This document shows, piece by piece, positions 39,460-49,737 of a stretch of 60,197 bases of DNA. Source of the DNA: an uncultured Nitrospirales bacterium (GTDB taxonomy: Bacteria > Nitrospirota > Thermodesulfovibrionia > UBA6902 > BMS3Bbin08). Numbering within the stretch: the first letter of the stretch is position 1; the number at the start of each line of letters is the position of its first letter. The stretch covers positions 1-60,197 of the forward strand of contig CAZNPC010000004.1 of assembly GCA_964574765.1 (NCBI GenBank), read 5' to 3'. The notes beneath the pieces were generated by a model. The model searched no databases, was not told where the DNA came from, and saw only the letters and a list, made by a program, of their open reading frames with translations. Position numbers and translations under genes: made by a program.

Positions 39460-40905
39460 CTATGACCGGCTTTCGCTGCTCCTGCAAAAATTCCGCCTTA
39501 CAAGCTTTGCCGCCCATATTCTAAGCTTTACCATCAACCCAACGGCTCCGTGAATCCGGTAATAATAGAGCATCCTTTTAAAAATAAGCTTCTTGTGATT
39601 TCCGATAATATGATTGACAATGGACTTCTCCGCGTTCTCTTTCAGAGCTATTAACTTTTCAGGTGCAAGTCCTGTCATATTCACTATCGGCGCCTTCTGC
39701 CATGCTTTCCATTTTTCAACCAGGTCTTTCAGACTGCTGATTTTTCCAGACTCCCATGCCTTGTCATAAAGCGGAGTGCCCGGTATTGGAGCCGCGTAAC
39801 CGAATCCCTCGACTATTCCTATTTCCTTGCAGAATTCTACTGTCTCATTAATTGTCTCCTCGGTTTCACCCGGCATCCCGATCATCATATATGGAAAAGG
39901 GGTTATCCCCGACCTCCACGTCATGTCAATGGCCCTTTTTGCCTGATCCACTGTTGTTTTTTTATTCATTTCTGTAAGTATGCTTTGACTGCCTGACTCA
40001 ATGCCGTAACCCATCAGAACACATCCGGCAGATTTCATCTCACGGAGTAAATTCTCATCTATAAGGTTTACGCGTCCATTACATGACCACATCATATTCA
40101 TATCATTGCCGGTCATTTGTTTGCAGAATTCATAGACCCTCTTTTTGTTGAGAATTAACAGATCATCAACAAACGCTACCGCCTTGATACCATACCTCTC
40201 CTTCAGGAGCTTCATCTCCTCTATCATATTGTCGACCGACCTGCTGCGAAACCTATAGCCGAAGATACTGTGATCGCAGTATATACACCGGTATGAACAA
40301 CCCCTGCTTGATATCATGTTCAGATTTTTTATGGGTGCTTCAAATCCCAAAGCCAGCCCGCTCGTGTATATATCCATTGGGAAAAGTTCCCAGGCGGGGA
40401 AAGGAATATCATCAAGAGACGGCAGGAGTTCGCGCGGCGGGTTACTGTGGATTATACCGCTGCGCCTGTACCAGATTCCTTTAACTGCGGAAAGATCTCC
40501 TGATGTCCCAAGCACATCGATGAGTTCAGTTATTGTTGCTTCACCTTCACCAATAACAACAATATCAGCCTCTGTTTCACGGAGCACAAGTTCAGGTACT
40601 ACTGACGGCAGGCCGCCTCCAATGATAACAGGGCGGTCACCATGATACTTTTTGATAATGGAGCACAGCCACTTCACCTGCTTGTAATCCGTAATCATAC
40701 TGGTTATGCCAGCCGCGTCAAACGACAGTTCCCTGATCCTGTCTTCCACTTCTTCCGGTGTCCAGCGGTTAGCGTTGATATCCAGCACATCAATGCTGTG
40801 CCCGGCAACCATCAGGGTTCGCGCGATATAACCAAGTCCAAGCGGAAATAATATTTCAGGATGTGATGATTCCTCTTTAATCGGGTTTATCAATAAAATA
40901 TTCAT
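39460..40905 (-). CDS. B12-binding-domain radical SAM protein
   Basis: PLGLGYIA, GEGE, RGCSYRCIYC and GIESGS motifs. Confidence 0.93.
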   Translation of the reverse strand: MNILLINPIKEESSHPEILFPLGLGYIARTLMVAGHSIDVLDINANRWTPEEVEDRIRELSFDAAGITSMITDYKQVKWLCSIIKKYHGDRPVIIGGGLPSVVPELVLRETEADIVVIGEGEATITELIDVLGTSGDLSAVKGIWYRRSGIIHSNPPRELLPSLDDIPFPAWELFPMDIYTSGLALGFEAPIKNLNMISSRGCSYRCIYCDHSIFGYRFRSRSVDNMIEEMKLLKERYGIKAVAFVDDLLILNKKRVYEFCKQMTGNDMNMMWSCNGRVNLIDENLLREMKSAGCVLMGYGIESGSQSILTEMNKKTTVDQAKRAIDMTWRSGITPFPYMMIGMPGETEETINETVEFCKEIGIVEGFGYAAPIPGTPLYDKAWESGKISSLKDLVEKWKAWQKAPIVNMTGLAPEKLIALKENAEKSIVNHIIGNHKKLIFKRMLYYYRIHGAVGLMVKLRIWAAKLVRRNFCRSSESRS

Positions 40906-40929
40906 AAGACGTTCCTTTCGAAAAGTTTA

Positions 40930-42141
40930 TTATTGATTTCCAGCCTCCTCTACAATAGAAAAGATCTCCCCCGCCCGTTTCGCCCATGAATTCTCATACG
41001 CCAGTTCCCTTCTCCTTGCCGGCATCCCGTCATTTTCTTCCAAAGCCAGCCTTATCTCCCTTTCAAATTCCCTGTAATCGCACCCTATACGCACTACCCC
41101 GGAATATTCATCAACCGATGGCAGTTTTGTAGATACAATAGGTTTGCCGGTAGCCAGATATTCATACAGTTTAAGAGGCGAACAGCTTATGTTAAACGGG
41201 TCATCCGGAACATAAGGAATGATACAGACATCAAACGCCTTTATATAGTTCGGGAGTATTTCCAGCGGCTGGTGTCCCATCCAATGGATATTCGCTGTTT
41301 TCTTCAGCTTTTTTATAAGGTCCGAATTTACAAAATCAGGATCAGCCCCTGACCAGTCCCCTACTATCACTATCGACCATTCCGGGTGAGAGACAGCTAT
41401 GTGGCCGATCAAATTGAAATCAATCCGCTGATGCAGATTGCCGACCATTCCTATTATTGGATGCGGTATATCTGCCATGCGGGGGGGGACCTCGGTTGAT
41501 TCGTCGGCCGCCCTGCCGAACAATTCAGTGTCAGCCGCGTTAGGGACTATATATGTCTGTTTGTTGAGCTTTGATTTTTTTTCATACAGATCATTTGAGA
41601 CGGTCAAAACAATGTCAGCATTTTCAAGAATCCGGTTTTCCCTCAGCATACTTTTCTCTTTATTCATAAAGATGGAATTCCCGGGGATGGCAAAATAATC
41701 ATCAAAACAGTCATAGATGCTTTTTTTCTCGTTGATCAGCCCGAGACAGTTGTCCTGAACCGGGTCTGATATCCATGAGACAAGATTATTTTTTCTCAAC
41801 CCGAGCTCGTCTATTTTTCTCGTAACCTGATATGAAAGCGCTTTTCTGTTCAATTCCGCCGCACCCGGTACATACGGTGCCAGGTGGTCGTTCAGGAAAA
41901 TAACCGGCTGGTAAATAAACAGGTTCGGAAGCACCCTGTTCAGCCGTTCCTTTTTTTTAAACCAGGACACAACCTTTTTTCTGTCCCTCAGGAGGGTCGT
42001 AAAAAAACATATGGGCCGCTGTACACATAATATCCTGCAGTTCGCTCTGGCCTTTGCCATCGAAAGAAATAAATACTTATTCCTGTGTTGATTGATCCAA
42101 TCAACTGAAAGAAATGCAACAAAGTCAACATCTGAGATCAT
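40930..42141 (-). CDS. Glycosyltransferase (GT4/TuaH-like)
   Basis: YDCFDD, VPNAAD and PLKLYEYLATGKPIVST motifs. Confidence 0.9.
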   Translation of the reverse strand: MISDVDFVAFLSVDWINQHRNKYLFLSMAKARANCRILCVQRPICFFTTLLRDRKKVVSWFKKKERLNRVLPNLFIYQPVIFLNDHLAPYVPGAAELNRKALSYQVTRKIDELGLRKNNLVSWISDPVQDNCLGLINEKKSIYDCFDDYFAIPGNSIFMNKEKSMLRENRILENADIVLTVSNDLYEKKSKLNKQTYIVPNAADTELFGRAADESTEVPPRMADIPHPIIGMVGNLHQRIDFNLIGHIAVSHPEWSIVIVGDWSGADPDFVNSDLIKKLKKTANIHWMGHQPLEILPNYIKAFDVCIIPYVPDDPFNISCSPLKLYEYLATGKPIVSTKLPSVDEYSGVVRIGCDYREFEREIRLALEENDGMPARRRELAYENSWAKRAGEIFSIVEEAGNQ

Positions 42142-43583
42142 ACTGAAGCGGGCCTCTCCCTCAAATCACGTCCTTTTTGGGCGCGTACCAACATTTTCAA
42201 CCCTTTTTTAAATCTGGACAACATAGAAAACAGGCCATTAATTCTCAATTCCAGAATCAGCATCCTGATGATATATATTGCATTCCTTTTATAATAGGAA
42301 GTGAAGATCTCATTTTCTGCCGTTCTTTTCAGTTCAAGCAATTGCTTGTCGGACAAGTTAGTGAAGTTAACGAGCACTTTATCCAGCCATGAGCCCCAAT
42401 TTTCAATAAGGTCTTCAGTTGTAATTTTTATTGTACTTAAATCAGCCGCGCCCTGATAAAGCTTCGACCCGGGTATGGGCGTCAGGATTGTAAATTCCGC
42501 CTGCAACCCTGCCTCCTTGCAGAATTTAATGCTGTCTTTTACCGTTTCCGTGGTTTCCCCCGGGATCCCTATCATCATAAATCCGTGGGTCATTATTCCT
42601 GCCTTTTTGGTCATTTCAATGACCCTGTAAGCCTCTTTAATAGTGATATCCTTTTTTATTCTGTCGAGTTGAGACTGGTTTCCGGATTCAATGCCGTATG
42701 ATACTTCTACACAGCCAGCGCCCTTCATCTTTGCAATTAACTCTTTATCAACCAGATTTATTCTGGCATTGCACGTCCAGTACACCTTAAGTCTGTTTTC
42801 AATGATAAGCTCACACAATCTGTTAACCCTTTTCCTGTTCAGAACAAACGTGTCATCTTCAAAAACAAAACCTCTGACCCTGTATTTTTTATAAAGAAGC
42901 TCCATTTCCTGAAAAATATTTTCAGCGGTGCGGGCCCTGAAACGGCGGCCGAAGATCCCGTGGAAGCAGAAAGTACAGCGGTATGGACATCCCCTGCTTG
43001 TAATAAGGCTTATCCTCCTCTTTGGCATGCACATTACATCATTATTAAAATAACTTTCCATCGGGAACAGATCCCATGCCGGGAACGGCAAAGAAGAAAT
43101 ATCTTCTACCGCCTTTCTTTTCCCGGTTCTGACAAACTCACCGTCTTTCCTGAAACATATCCCGTCCACCCCGGCCAATGAGCCCTTTTCTTCTATTACC
43201 TTTAATAATTCAGAACAGGTTTCTTCTCCCTCTCCAATGACAGCTATATCAACGTCTGTTTTTTTCAGAACGACCTCAGGCGCGGCGCTTGCCAGCCCTC
43301 CTCCAAGAATGACTGTTGCCCCGGATATTTTTTTGATTATCGAAGCTATCTTCTTTACCTGACCGAACTGCGTTATCAGGCCCGTTAATCCAGCGATATC
43401 AAATGAACTGTTCCTGACAAGTTCTTCTATCCCGGCGTATGACAGTTTGAACGCGTTTGAATCTATTAGCTGAACATCATGGCCGTTATCCCGGAGAACC
43501 GAAGCGATATAACTTAAACCCAGGGGCAGTCTTGCTTCGGACTGGACACCCGACAGGGGAGGATTAATCAATAATATTTTCAT
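42138..43583 (-). CDS. B12-binding-domain radical SAM protein
   Basis: MKILLINPP (start 43583), PLGLSYIA, RGCPYRCTFC and GIESGN motifs. Confidence 0.93.
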   Translation of the reverse strand: MKILLINPPLSGVQSEARLPLGLSYIASVLRDNGHDVQLIDSNAFKLSYAGIEELVRNSSFDIAGLTGLITQFGQVKKIASIIKKISGATVILGGGLASAAPEVVLKKTDVDIAVIGEGEETCSELLKVIEEKGSLAGVDGICFRKDGEFVRTGKRKAVEDISSLPFPAWDLFPMESYFNNDVMCMPKRRISLITSRGCPYRCTFCFHGIFGRRFRARTAENIFQEMELLYKKYRVRGFVFEDDTFVLNRKRVNRLCELIIENRLKVYWTCNARINLVDKELIAKMKGAGCVEVSYGIESGNQSQLDRIKKDITIKEAYRVIEMTKKAGIMTHGFMMIGIPGETTETVKDSIKFCKEAGLQAEFTILTPIPGSKLYQGAADLSTIKITTEDLIENWGSWLDKVLVNFTNLSDKQLLELKRTAENEIFTSYYKRNAIYIIRMLILELRINGLFSMLSRFKKGLKMLVRAQKGRDLRERPASV

Positions 43584-43596
43584 TGCTGTATTTCCT

Positions 43597-44805
43597 CTAT
43601 TTCCCCATGCTGGCAAATATCAGGTCATGAACTCTTTCAGCGCGTTTTTTCCACGTGTGTCCGGCGATTGTTTCATACTGCGCGTATTCCCTCTTAACCC
43701 GCTTATCATCTGTCTCGTTCAACGCAAGACTGATCTTTCGAATGAAATCTTCCCGATCCGATCCGACAAATATCAAATCACGGAAATTCTCTATGCCGCC
43801 TATTGCGGTCGAAATCACAGGTTTACCTGATGCTATGAAGTTGTAAATTTTAAGAGAGTCCGCTGATACGGCCCACGGTGAGACCACATAGGGAATAACA
43901 GCAGCATCGCTGAACTTCATGTACGCAATGGATTCTTCAAATGATTTAACGCCGAGCAGGTGTATGTTTTCCAGTTCCCCGAGCTCCCTCCCGACCTCGG
44001 CTCCGTGCACAGGACCGATCATGACTACAGACCATTCGGGATGGGTTTTGTTTATCAACTTCATCAATTCCATGTCTATGGTTGTAGATATGTTACCCGT
44101 AAATATCAGACGCGGCCGACGAATATGTCGAAGGTCAGGCGGTTCCTTAATATCATCGCGGTCTCCCCTGAGCAGGTCTGCGTGCACGCCGTTTGGAACC
44201 CGGTGAACGTTCGGGTTTAAAGGCGCCCTGTCGTCAAACAGTTTTTTTGAGGAAACGAACATAATATCAGCATGTTTTGTGAGATATAGATCATCCTTCT
44301 TTATCAGGTTCGCCAGGACGCTTGTGCTGTCCTTTTCTTTTGTATTGTAGTCGTCGCACAGGTCATAGCACAGCAGTTTTTTCCGGACCATGTTTACAAT
44401 GCCCGCGGAAAAATACGGATGGTTAATCCACAAGATCAAGTCGCTGACATTCAATTTCTTCTTCAGGCGGTTTATGGCATAAAGCTGAAATCTGTTCAGA
44501 CAGAATTTATTGATCCTGAGAAAAAAACTGATTGAAAGGAAAGGAAACGGCACAATGGGCGTAATGACAAATATGTCGCCTTCACGGCTGATAATACCTT
44601 TCTTCAAAACCCGTTTCCATCGTTCTCTATCCCTTTTGTTCATCCTGCCTGTTACAAAACGAATAAAAGAATACAGGGTCAGCGGTGTTTCAATGAAAAA
44701 GATATGGTCAATATCTTCGGATTTGATCAGTTCCGTAAAAAGACTGCGATACCTGCGCATAAATATGTCCCATTCATTTGTTATGGCCGCGATCGTATGG
44801 CTCAT
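43597..44805 (-). CDS. Glycosyltransferase (GT4/TuaH-like)
   Basis: YDLCDD, VPNGV and SLKIYNFIASGKPVIST motifs. Confidence 0.88.
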   Translation of the reverse strand: MSHTIAAITNEWDIFMRRYRSLFTELIKSEDIDHIFFIETPLTLYSFIRFVTGRMNKRDRERWKRVLKKGIISREGDIFVITPIVPFPFLSISFFLRINKFCLNRFQLYAINRLKKKLNVSDLILWINHPYFSAGIVNMVRKKLLCYDLCDDYNTKEKDSTSVLANLIKKDDLYLTKHADIMFVSSKKLFDDRAPLNPNVHRVPNGVHADLLRGDRDDIKEPPDLRHIRRPRLIFTGNISTTIDMELMKLINKTHPEWSVVMIGPVHGAEVGRELGELENIHLLGVKSFEESIAYMKFSDAAVIPYVVSPWAVSADSLKIYNFIASGKPVISTAIGGIENFRDLIFVGSDREDFIRKISLALNETDDKRVKREYAQYETIAGHTWKKRAERVHDLIFASMGK

Positions 44806-44809
44806 CTTA

Positions 44810-46063
44810 TCACCCTCGATGCCAGGACCGCCCGGCTATAAGGCCTGATACCCGGTCCTGCCGATACATGTCCTGATTCAATACATTGGAAAGTTTCTCT
44901 ATGTGTTTACGCGCGTCAAACTCCCGTTCCACTTTCTCCCTGGCAGCCGCGCCCAATAAACCACGTTTTCCCCTGCTGCTGATCAGTTCCTCTATCGCGG
45001 AGGCCAGCGCCTCAGGGTCTTTTTCCCGGACGAGAATGCCGTCTCTGTCATGTTCAATCAGCTCGGAGATATTTGGAAGATCGCTGGATATTACAGGAAG
45101 GCCCATGGCCATTGCCTCTGCCAGTACATTCGGGATACCGTCTCTGTCGCCTGACCCTGTTATCAGGCTCGGCAGAACGAAAACTTTTGCCCTGCCGTAT
45201 ACAGATGGAAGTTCACTTTGAGGCCGTCTTCCTGAAAACTCAATGTTATCCTCAAGCTGAAGTTCCTTAACCATTTTAATGATGTTGTCTTTTTCAGGGC
45301 CTTCACCGAGCAAAAGACATTTGATCTCAATCCCTTTCCGCTTTAATATTGTGCATGCTTCAATAAGGTAGCGGTGTCCTTTCTTCTCAACAAAATTACC
45401 GATAGTCAGTATGTCTGCAGTCTCTTCAACCGTATCATGCCGGGGCCTGAATGTCTCAAGGTCAACACCGTGATACACAACCTGCACTTTTCTCTCAAGG
45501 GCCTGCCCGTATGTTTCTCCTATATACTTTTTGTTGTTCTTTACGCAGGTCAGTATGAAATCCGCCTCTGCGAGTTTTGCTCCAAGGTTATCGGGAAGGT
45601 AATAGATGTCCGCCGCATGGAGAGTGAGACTGAACGGGATACCGGTAAGCCGCGATATTATTCGCGCGGAATCTGCAGCACTCCAGCCAAAATGCGAGTG
45701 GACACGCCTTATCCCAAGCTTCATGATTGCCCTTGCAAAGTAAGCTGATTTAACAAATACCCGTTTGCCGCCGTAAGATCTGTATTTGAACAGGCACTTT
45801 AGATAAGGCACGGGACTGAACAACATAAAATACAGGTGTGAAAGGACTATCCCGGGAAAGTCAGACATCTCCGCATAAAGGGCATTAAACTCAGGATCGT
45901 TTCCGCCGCTGGCAGGGATATGATTTATCGGGCACACGTGTATATCAAAACCTCTGTTCTTCAGCTCGATCATTTCATTCAGAACAAATGACTGAACTCC
46001 CCCGGGATAGTCACCGAGAATATAGGCGATATCTGCAGTATTCATTTTTTTATTATCTTTCAT
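44810..46063 (-). CDS. GT4 glycosyltransferase (WcaL-like)
   Basis: HSHF, EKKG and DRDGIPNVLAEAMAMGLPVISS motifs; likely start 46063. Confidence 0.9.
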   Translation of the reverse strand: MKDNKKMNTADIAYILGDYPGGVQSFVLNEMIELKNRGFDIHVCPINHIPASGGNDPEFNALYAEMSDFPGIVLSHLYFMLFSPVPYLKCLFKYRSYGGKRVFVKSAYFARAIMKLGIRRVHSHFGWSAADSARIISRLTGIPFSLTLHAADIYYLPDNLGAKLAEADFILTCVKNNKKYIGETYGQALERKVQVVYHGVDLETFRPRHDTVEETADILTIGNFVEKKGHRYLIEACTILKRKGIEIKCLLLGEGPEKDNIIKMVKELQLEDNIEFSGRRPQSELPSVYGRAKVFVLPSLITGSGDRDGIPNVLAEAMAMGLPVISSDLPNISELIEHDRDGILVREKDPEALASAIEELISSRGKRGLLGAAAREKVEREFDARKHIEKLSNVLNQDMYRQDRVSGLIAGRSWHRG

Positions 46064-47024
46064 ATGACCGGACCAGCAGGCGGTCATTAAGTGTCTTGTC
46101 GGATTTTCGCCCAAGGAAATAGCAGGCAGACGCGTTATCCAGTGTCGCGGGATTGTCTATCGTAAGATAGTCAAAATACTTCAACCAGAATGCTGTATAT
46201 CTCGCGAACAGCCTTGCCATTACCTGTACGGTGGATGATCTTATCAGGCTTGTCAGAAACCGTTCATATGACCAGGCCAGCGCCATACCCGTACCGCATA
46301 CAGCCCCGCTGTCTATCTTCTGGAACTGTCTGAACAGACGGCGGTGTCCAAGATGCGTAAACCTGGTAAAATCAAAATTGCCGCCGTGTACCTGCTGCAT
46401 AAACGCTGTCTCCGCGTAAACAATCCCGTTGTTATTAAGAACTCTATGGATCTCCTCTACGCACCTGGACGGCTCCACTACATGCTCCAGCACAGCCTGC
46501 ACCACTACACAATCAAACGAATCGTCTCTAAACGGGATACAGTGCGCGTCAATAATGGCCGTGGTCCGGGGGCCGAAAGAAATATCAGTCTCAATGACCT
46601 CAACTTTCCTGTCGAACAGTCTTTCAATTCCTTTGCCAAAGACCCCTCCTCCAAGGACAAGGATTTTGGGAGATCTCAAGTCTGCAAGCAGAAGTTCCGC
46701 GAGTTTATTGTAATTTCCTTTTCCTTTTATATTGGCGCCTATTTTAGGCGCGGTCTTTAGTACTGTCCGGCTGAAACCGTTCCGGCTGCGGGTGTAATAA
46801 GTTTCCTTCATCCTGATATAGTCATCTTTCAAAAAAATGCTTCTTTTTTCGTCAATCAGAACCGGTATCCCGCCAACCACGGGGAAAAAAGATCTGCAAA
46901 CCGGATTTAAGCACTCGAGTTCATTATCTAAACGAAGGTCGCTTCCGCAAACCGGACAGCATATCGAATCATACGACCATATCGGCAATTTTAAATGGAC
47001 TTCAGTATCGGATATTATTGCCAT
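46053..47024 (-). CDS. Class I methyltransferase with N-terminal Trm112-like Cys motif
   Basis: CCPVC...C..PVC...FPVVGGIPVL, LVLGGG, DAHCIPF...FDCVV.QAVLEHV; start 47024. Confidence 0.85.
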   Translation of the reverse strand: MAIISDTEVHLKLPIWSYDSICCPVCGSDLRLDNELECLNPVCRSFFPVVGGIPVLIDEKRSIFLKDDYIRMKETYYTRSRNGFSRTVLKTAPKIGANIKGKGNYNKLAELLLADLRSPKILVLGGGVFGKGIERLFDRKVEVIETDISFGPRTTAIIDAHCIPFRDDSFDCVVVQAVLEHVVEPSRCVEEIHRVLNNNGIVYAETAFMQQVHGGNFDFTRFTHLGHRRLFRQFQKIDSGAVCGTGMALAWSYERFLTSLIRSSTVQVMARLFARYTAFWLKYFDYLTIDNPATLDNASACYFLGRKSDKTLNDRLLVRSYER

Positions 47025-47028
47025 GTCT

Positions 47029-48219
47029 TTATTTACCCAACGGCAAGATGTTTTCCAGGACTCTGATCCGTCTCCTGTTTTTCCCACCAAGCAGAGATGT
47101 ATACAATTTCTCAAGTTTTTTTGAATAGACTTTGCCTGTAAATCCATTCATCACTGTTTCCCTGCCCTTTTTCCCCATTTCCCGTGCCATATCACGGTCA
47201 CGGATAAGCTTCATTATTGAGTCTGCCAGTGCATCAGGGTCTTTGGGAGGAACAAGGAATCCGGTCTCTCCATGCCTTACTATTTCGGGAATACCGCCGA
47301 CGTCAGTGGCAACAACAGGCAGTCCTGAATACATACCTTCCAGTATGCTCAGACCAAGCGGCTCTGTAATAGAGGGCTGGACCAGAATATCCATACCTTC
47401 AAGAAGTTCAGGAATATCATCCCTCATTCCAAGAAAAGATATGTTTCTATCCAGCTTCAGACATTTTGCGAGATATTTCAGTCCGCCTTCATCCTCTCCG
47501 TCGCCTATTACCTGCAATCTTGTCTGAGGGTATCTGTTGAGAATTTTCCGCATGGCCGGCAATAGATAATTCTGTCCCTTACGGCTGCTGGATAATCTGG
47601 CTATTACCCCGATAACAACACTGTTTTCCGCGTATTTCATGCCGGCTCCGGTATGTTTGCGCTCCCTGCCATCAGAAAACTTATCTGTGTCGATCCCGTT
47701 ATGTATAAGGAAATGTTCGCCTGTATTCCTCCCATGCTTTTCAAACGCCCTTTTCTGCGCATCGGAGATAAAAATAACGCCTGCCCCCAACCTGTCCAGC
47801 ATACTGTTAAAACCGGAATATTCAGCGGCCCTGAAATAAAAAGGCTTATTCTTAAAGCTGCTGACATCCCCGTGTTCGGTCCTGCAGACAACAGGCACTC
47901 CCGCCAATAACGCAATCAACCTGCCCCAAAGATCCGCCTGATACAAATGGGTATGGACAATGTCAATTTCTTCCTGTCTGAGGATCTTCATAAGACCAAA
48001 CACCTTCCGGTATAAGTGTCTGCGTCTGGCCCCGCCAAGACATACAACCCTGAAACCTTCCTGCCTGATCTTCTCCGCAACCCTGCCCTCACCGTCAAGA
48101 CAGCAGACCGTCAGGTTAAACCTGTCTCTGTCAATGTTTCTGGCAACCGTAAGAAGCAGATTCTCCGCGCCGCCGACAGGAAGTCTGCCGATAATATGCA
48201 TTAAATTAATTTTTTTCAT
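47029..48219 (-). CDS. GT4 glycosyltransferase
   Basis: GGAE, HNGID and EPLGLSILEGMYSGLPVVATDVGG motifs. Confidence 0.92.
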   Translation of the reverse strand: MKKINLMHIIGRLPVGGAENLLLTVARNIDRDRFNLTVCCLDGEGRVAEKIRQEGFRVVCLGGARRRHLYRKVFGLMKILRQEEIDIVHTHLYQADLWGRLIALLAGVPVVCRTEHGDVSSFKNKPFYFRAAEYSGFNSMLDRLGAGVIFISDAQKRAFEKHGRNTGEHFLIHNGIDTDKFSDGRERKHTGAGMKYAENSVVIGVIARLSSSRKGQNYLLPAMRKILNRYPQTRLQVIGDGEDEGGLKYLAKCLKLDRNISFLGMRDDIPELLEGMDILVQPSITEPLGLSILEGMYSGLPVVATDVGGIPEIVRHGETGFLVPPKDPDALADSIMKLIRDRDMAREMGKKGRETVMNGFTGKVYSKKLEKLYTSLLGGKNRRRIRVLENILPLGK

Positions 48220-48273
48220 TTTTGAAATTTACCCGTTCTGAAAAGATATAAAGAAATGCTCTGCTGATAGAGG

Positions 48274-49737
48274 TTATTTTCCTGCTGTAACTTCTGACCT
48301 TGTAAACCTTCTCTTGCCTGAAGGGGTCGGCTGAATACTATCGACAAAATGAACTTCTATGTTCATATTTCCAAGATACCTGCGGCACAGACTTACAAGT
48401 TCGCTAATTTCCCGCTGACCCGGCCTGGCATCACACACCAGATGCCAGTGAATACCATTTCCATCCTTCTGCACCGCCTCAAAATTTCTGACTCCAAACC
48501 GTTCAAGCCAGCCCATTTCCTCCAGCAAATGAGTAAAGAACTCTCCGTGAACAACGTTACCGTTCGCACCGTGTATCATGTCAGTTATCCTGCCCTCGAC
48601 ATAATCCATCAAAGGAAGGCCACTTCCGCAGGGACACTCTTCTTTTTTCAGCCTTCCCACGTCACCGTTTACATACCTGATAAAAGGCATCGTGTAGTTA
48701 TCCAGGTCTGTGATCGCCATCCTGCCGCGCTCTCCGTCGGAAACATTTTCATCCCTGTTTTCGTCAAGAAACTCCACTACACAGTGCTCAGATGTTATGT
48801 GCATACCCTTATGCTCTTTGCATTCATACGCAACGCCCAGGCATTCGCCGCAGGCATACTGGTCAAAAACATCACTTGAGAACTGGCTCTCAAGCAGTTT
48901 CCGGTCGGCTGAATGGAGCATTTCAGCGGTAGTCGTTACTGCCTTCGGTTTAATCCCGTTTACCCCATTCCTCCTGCAGTAATCCGCCAGACTTGTCAGC
49001 GCGCTCACATATCCCCTTAATATCTGCGGCCGGTTTCTGCTTAAATCGGAAACATATTCGCCGAGTTTCTCTTCATCCATATTAAACGCGTTATAGTATT
49101 TTCGATTTGGAACATAACTGCCGAATATCCAGTCGGCAATTTTCCAGTGAACCGGAAAATTGCTGTTATCCGTGATTATCGGAAAACCCCAGACGCGCGC
49201 CTCTCTATCCCCCCATTCATAGTCAATCCACTGATAAAATCTCAGAAACGAAGCCCAGGCAACATCAAATGATCTGTGGTCTCCGCAAAATACCAGCGGC
49301 TCTCCCGTCGAAGCCCCTGTACGCCTCACATGGTTTTCAGTTACTACCGCACCTCTTTCCACGAGCTTGTCCGGATAGTTCTTTCTTATGATATCTTTAG
49401 TCAGAACAGGTATTTTATTCAGCTCTTCAACAGTCCTTATATCACCCGGTTCTAATTTATTTTTTACGAACAGTTCTCTGTAATACGGCACATTTTCATA
49501 GGCGTGCCGTATAAGTTTTCTCAGTTTTTCGTTCTGATATTCCCTCAATTGCCCCGATTCCCACCACTGCGACTTCTCCAGGAAAACAAGGTGGTCATAT
49601 ACTTCCCTGCCGTAAGTCCGGCAAATGCGTTTTTTCCTGTCTATAAGGGGATTTGCAAGATTCAGATAAAACTTCAGTTTTTTCAGTTTATCGCTGAGGA
49701 ACAGAACCGGATTATTTCTGTCTATTTCAGACATCAT
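48274..49737 (-). CDS. Phenylacetate-CoA ligase family (CapK-like) adenylate-forming protein
   Basis: HAYENVPYY, TGASTGEP, TDLDNYTMPFIRY..GD, EGR and SGK motifs. Confidence 0.9.
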   Translation of the reverse strand: MMSEIDRNNPVLFLSDKLKKLKFYLNLANPLIDRKKRICRTYGREVYDHLVFLEKSQWWESGQLREYQNEKLRKLIRHAYENVPYYRELFVKNKLEPGDIRTVEELNKIPVLTKDIIRKNYPDKLVERGAVVTENHVRRTGASTGEPLVFCGDHRSFDVAWASFLRFYQWIDYEWGDREARVWGFPIITDNSNFPVHWKIADWIFGSYVPNRKYYNAFNMDEEKLGEYVSDLSRNRPQILRGYVSALTSLADYCRRNGVNGIKPKAVTTTAEMLHSADRKLLESQFSSDVFDQYACGECLGVAYECKEHKGMHITSEHCVVEFLDENRDENVSDGERGRMAITDLDNYTMPFIRYVNGDVGRLKKEECPCGSGLPLMDYVEGRITDMIHGANGNVVHGEFFTHLLEEMGWLERFGVRNFEAVQKDGNGIHWHLVCDARPGQREISELVSLCRRYLGNMNIEVHFVDSIQPTPSGKRRFTRSEVTAGK

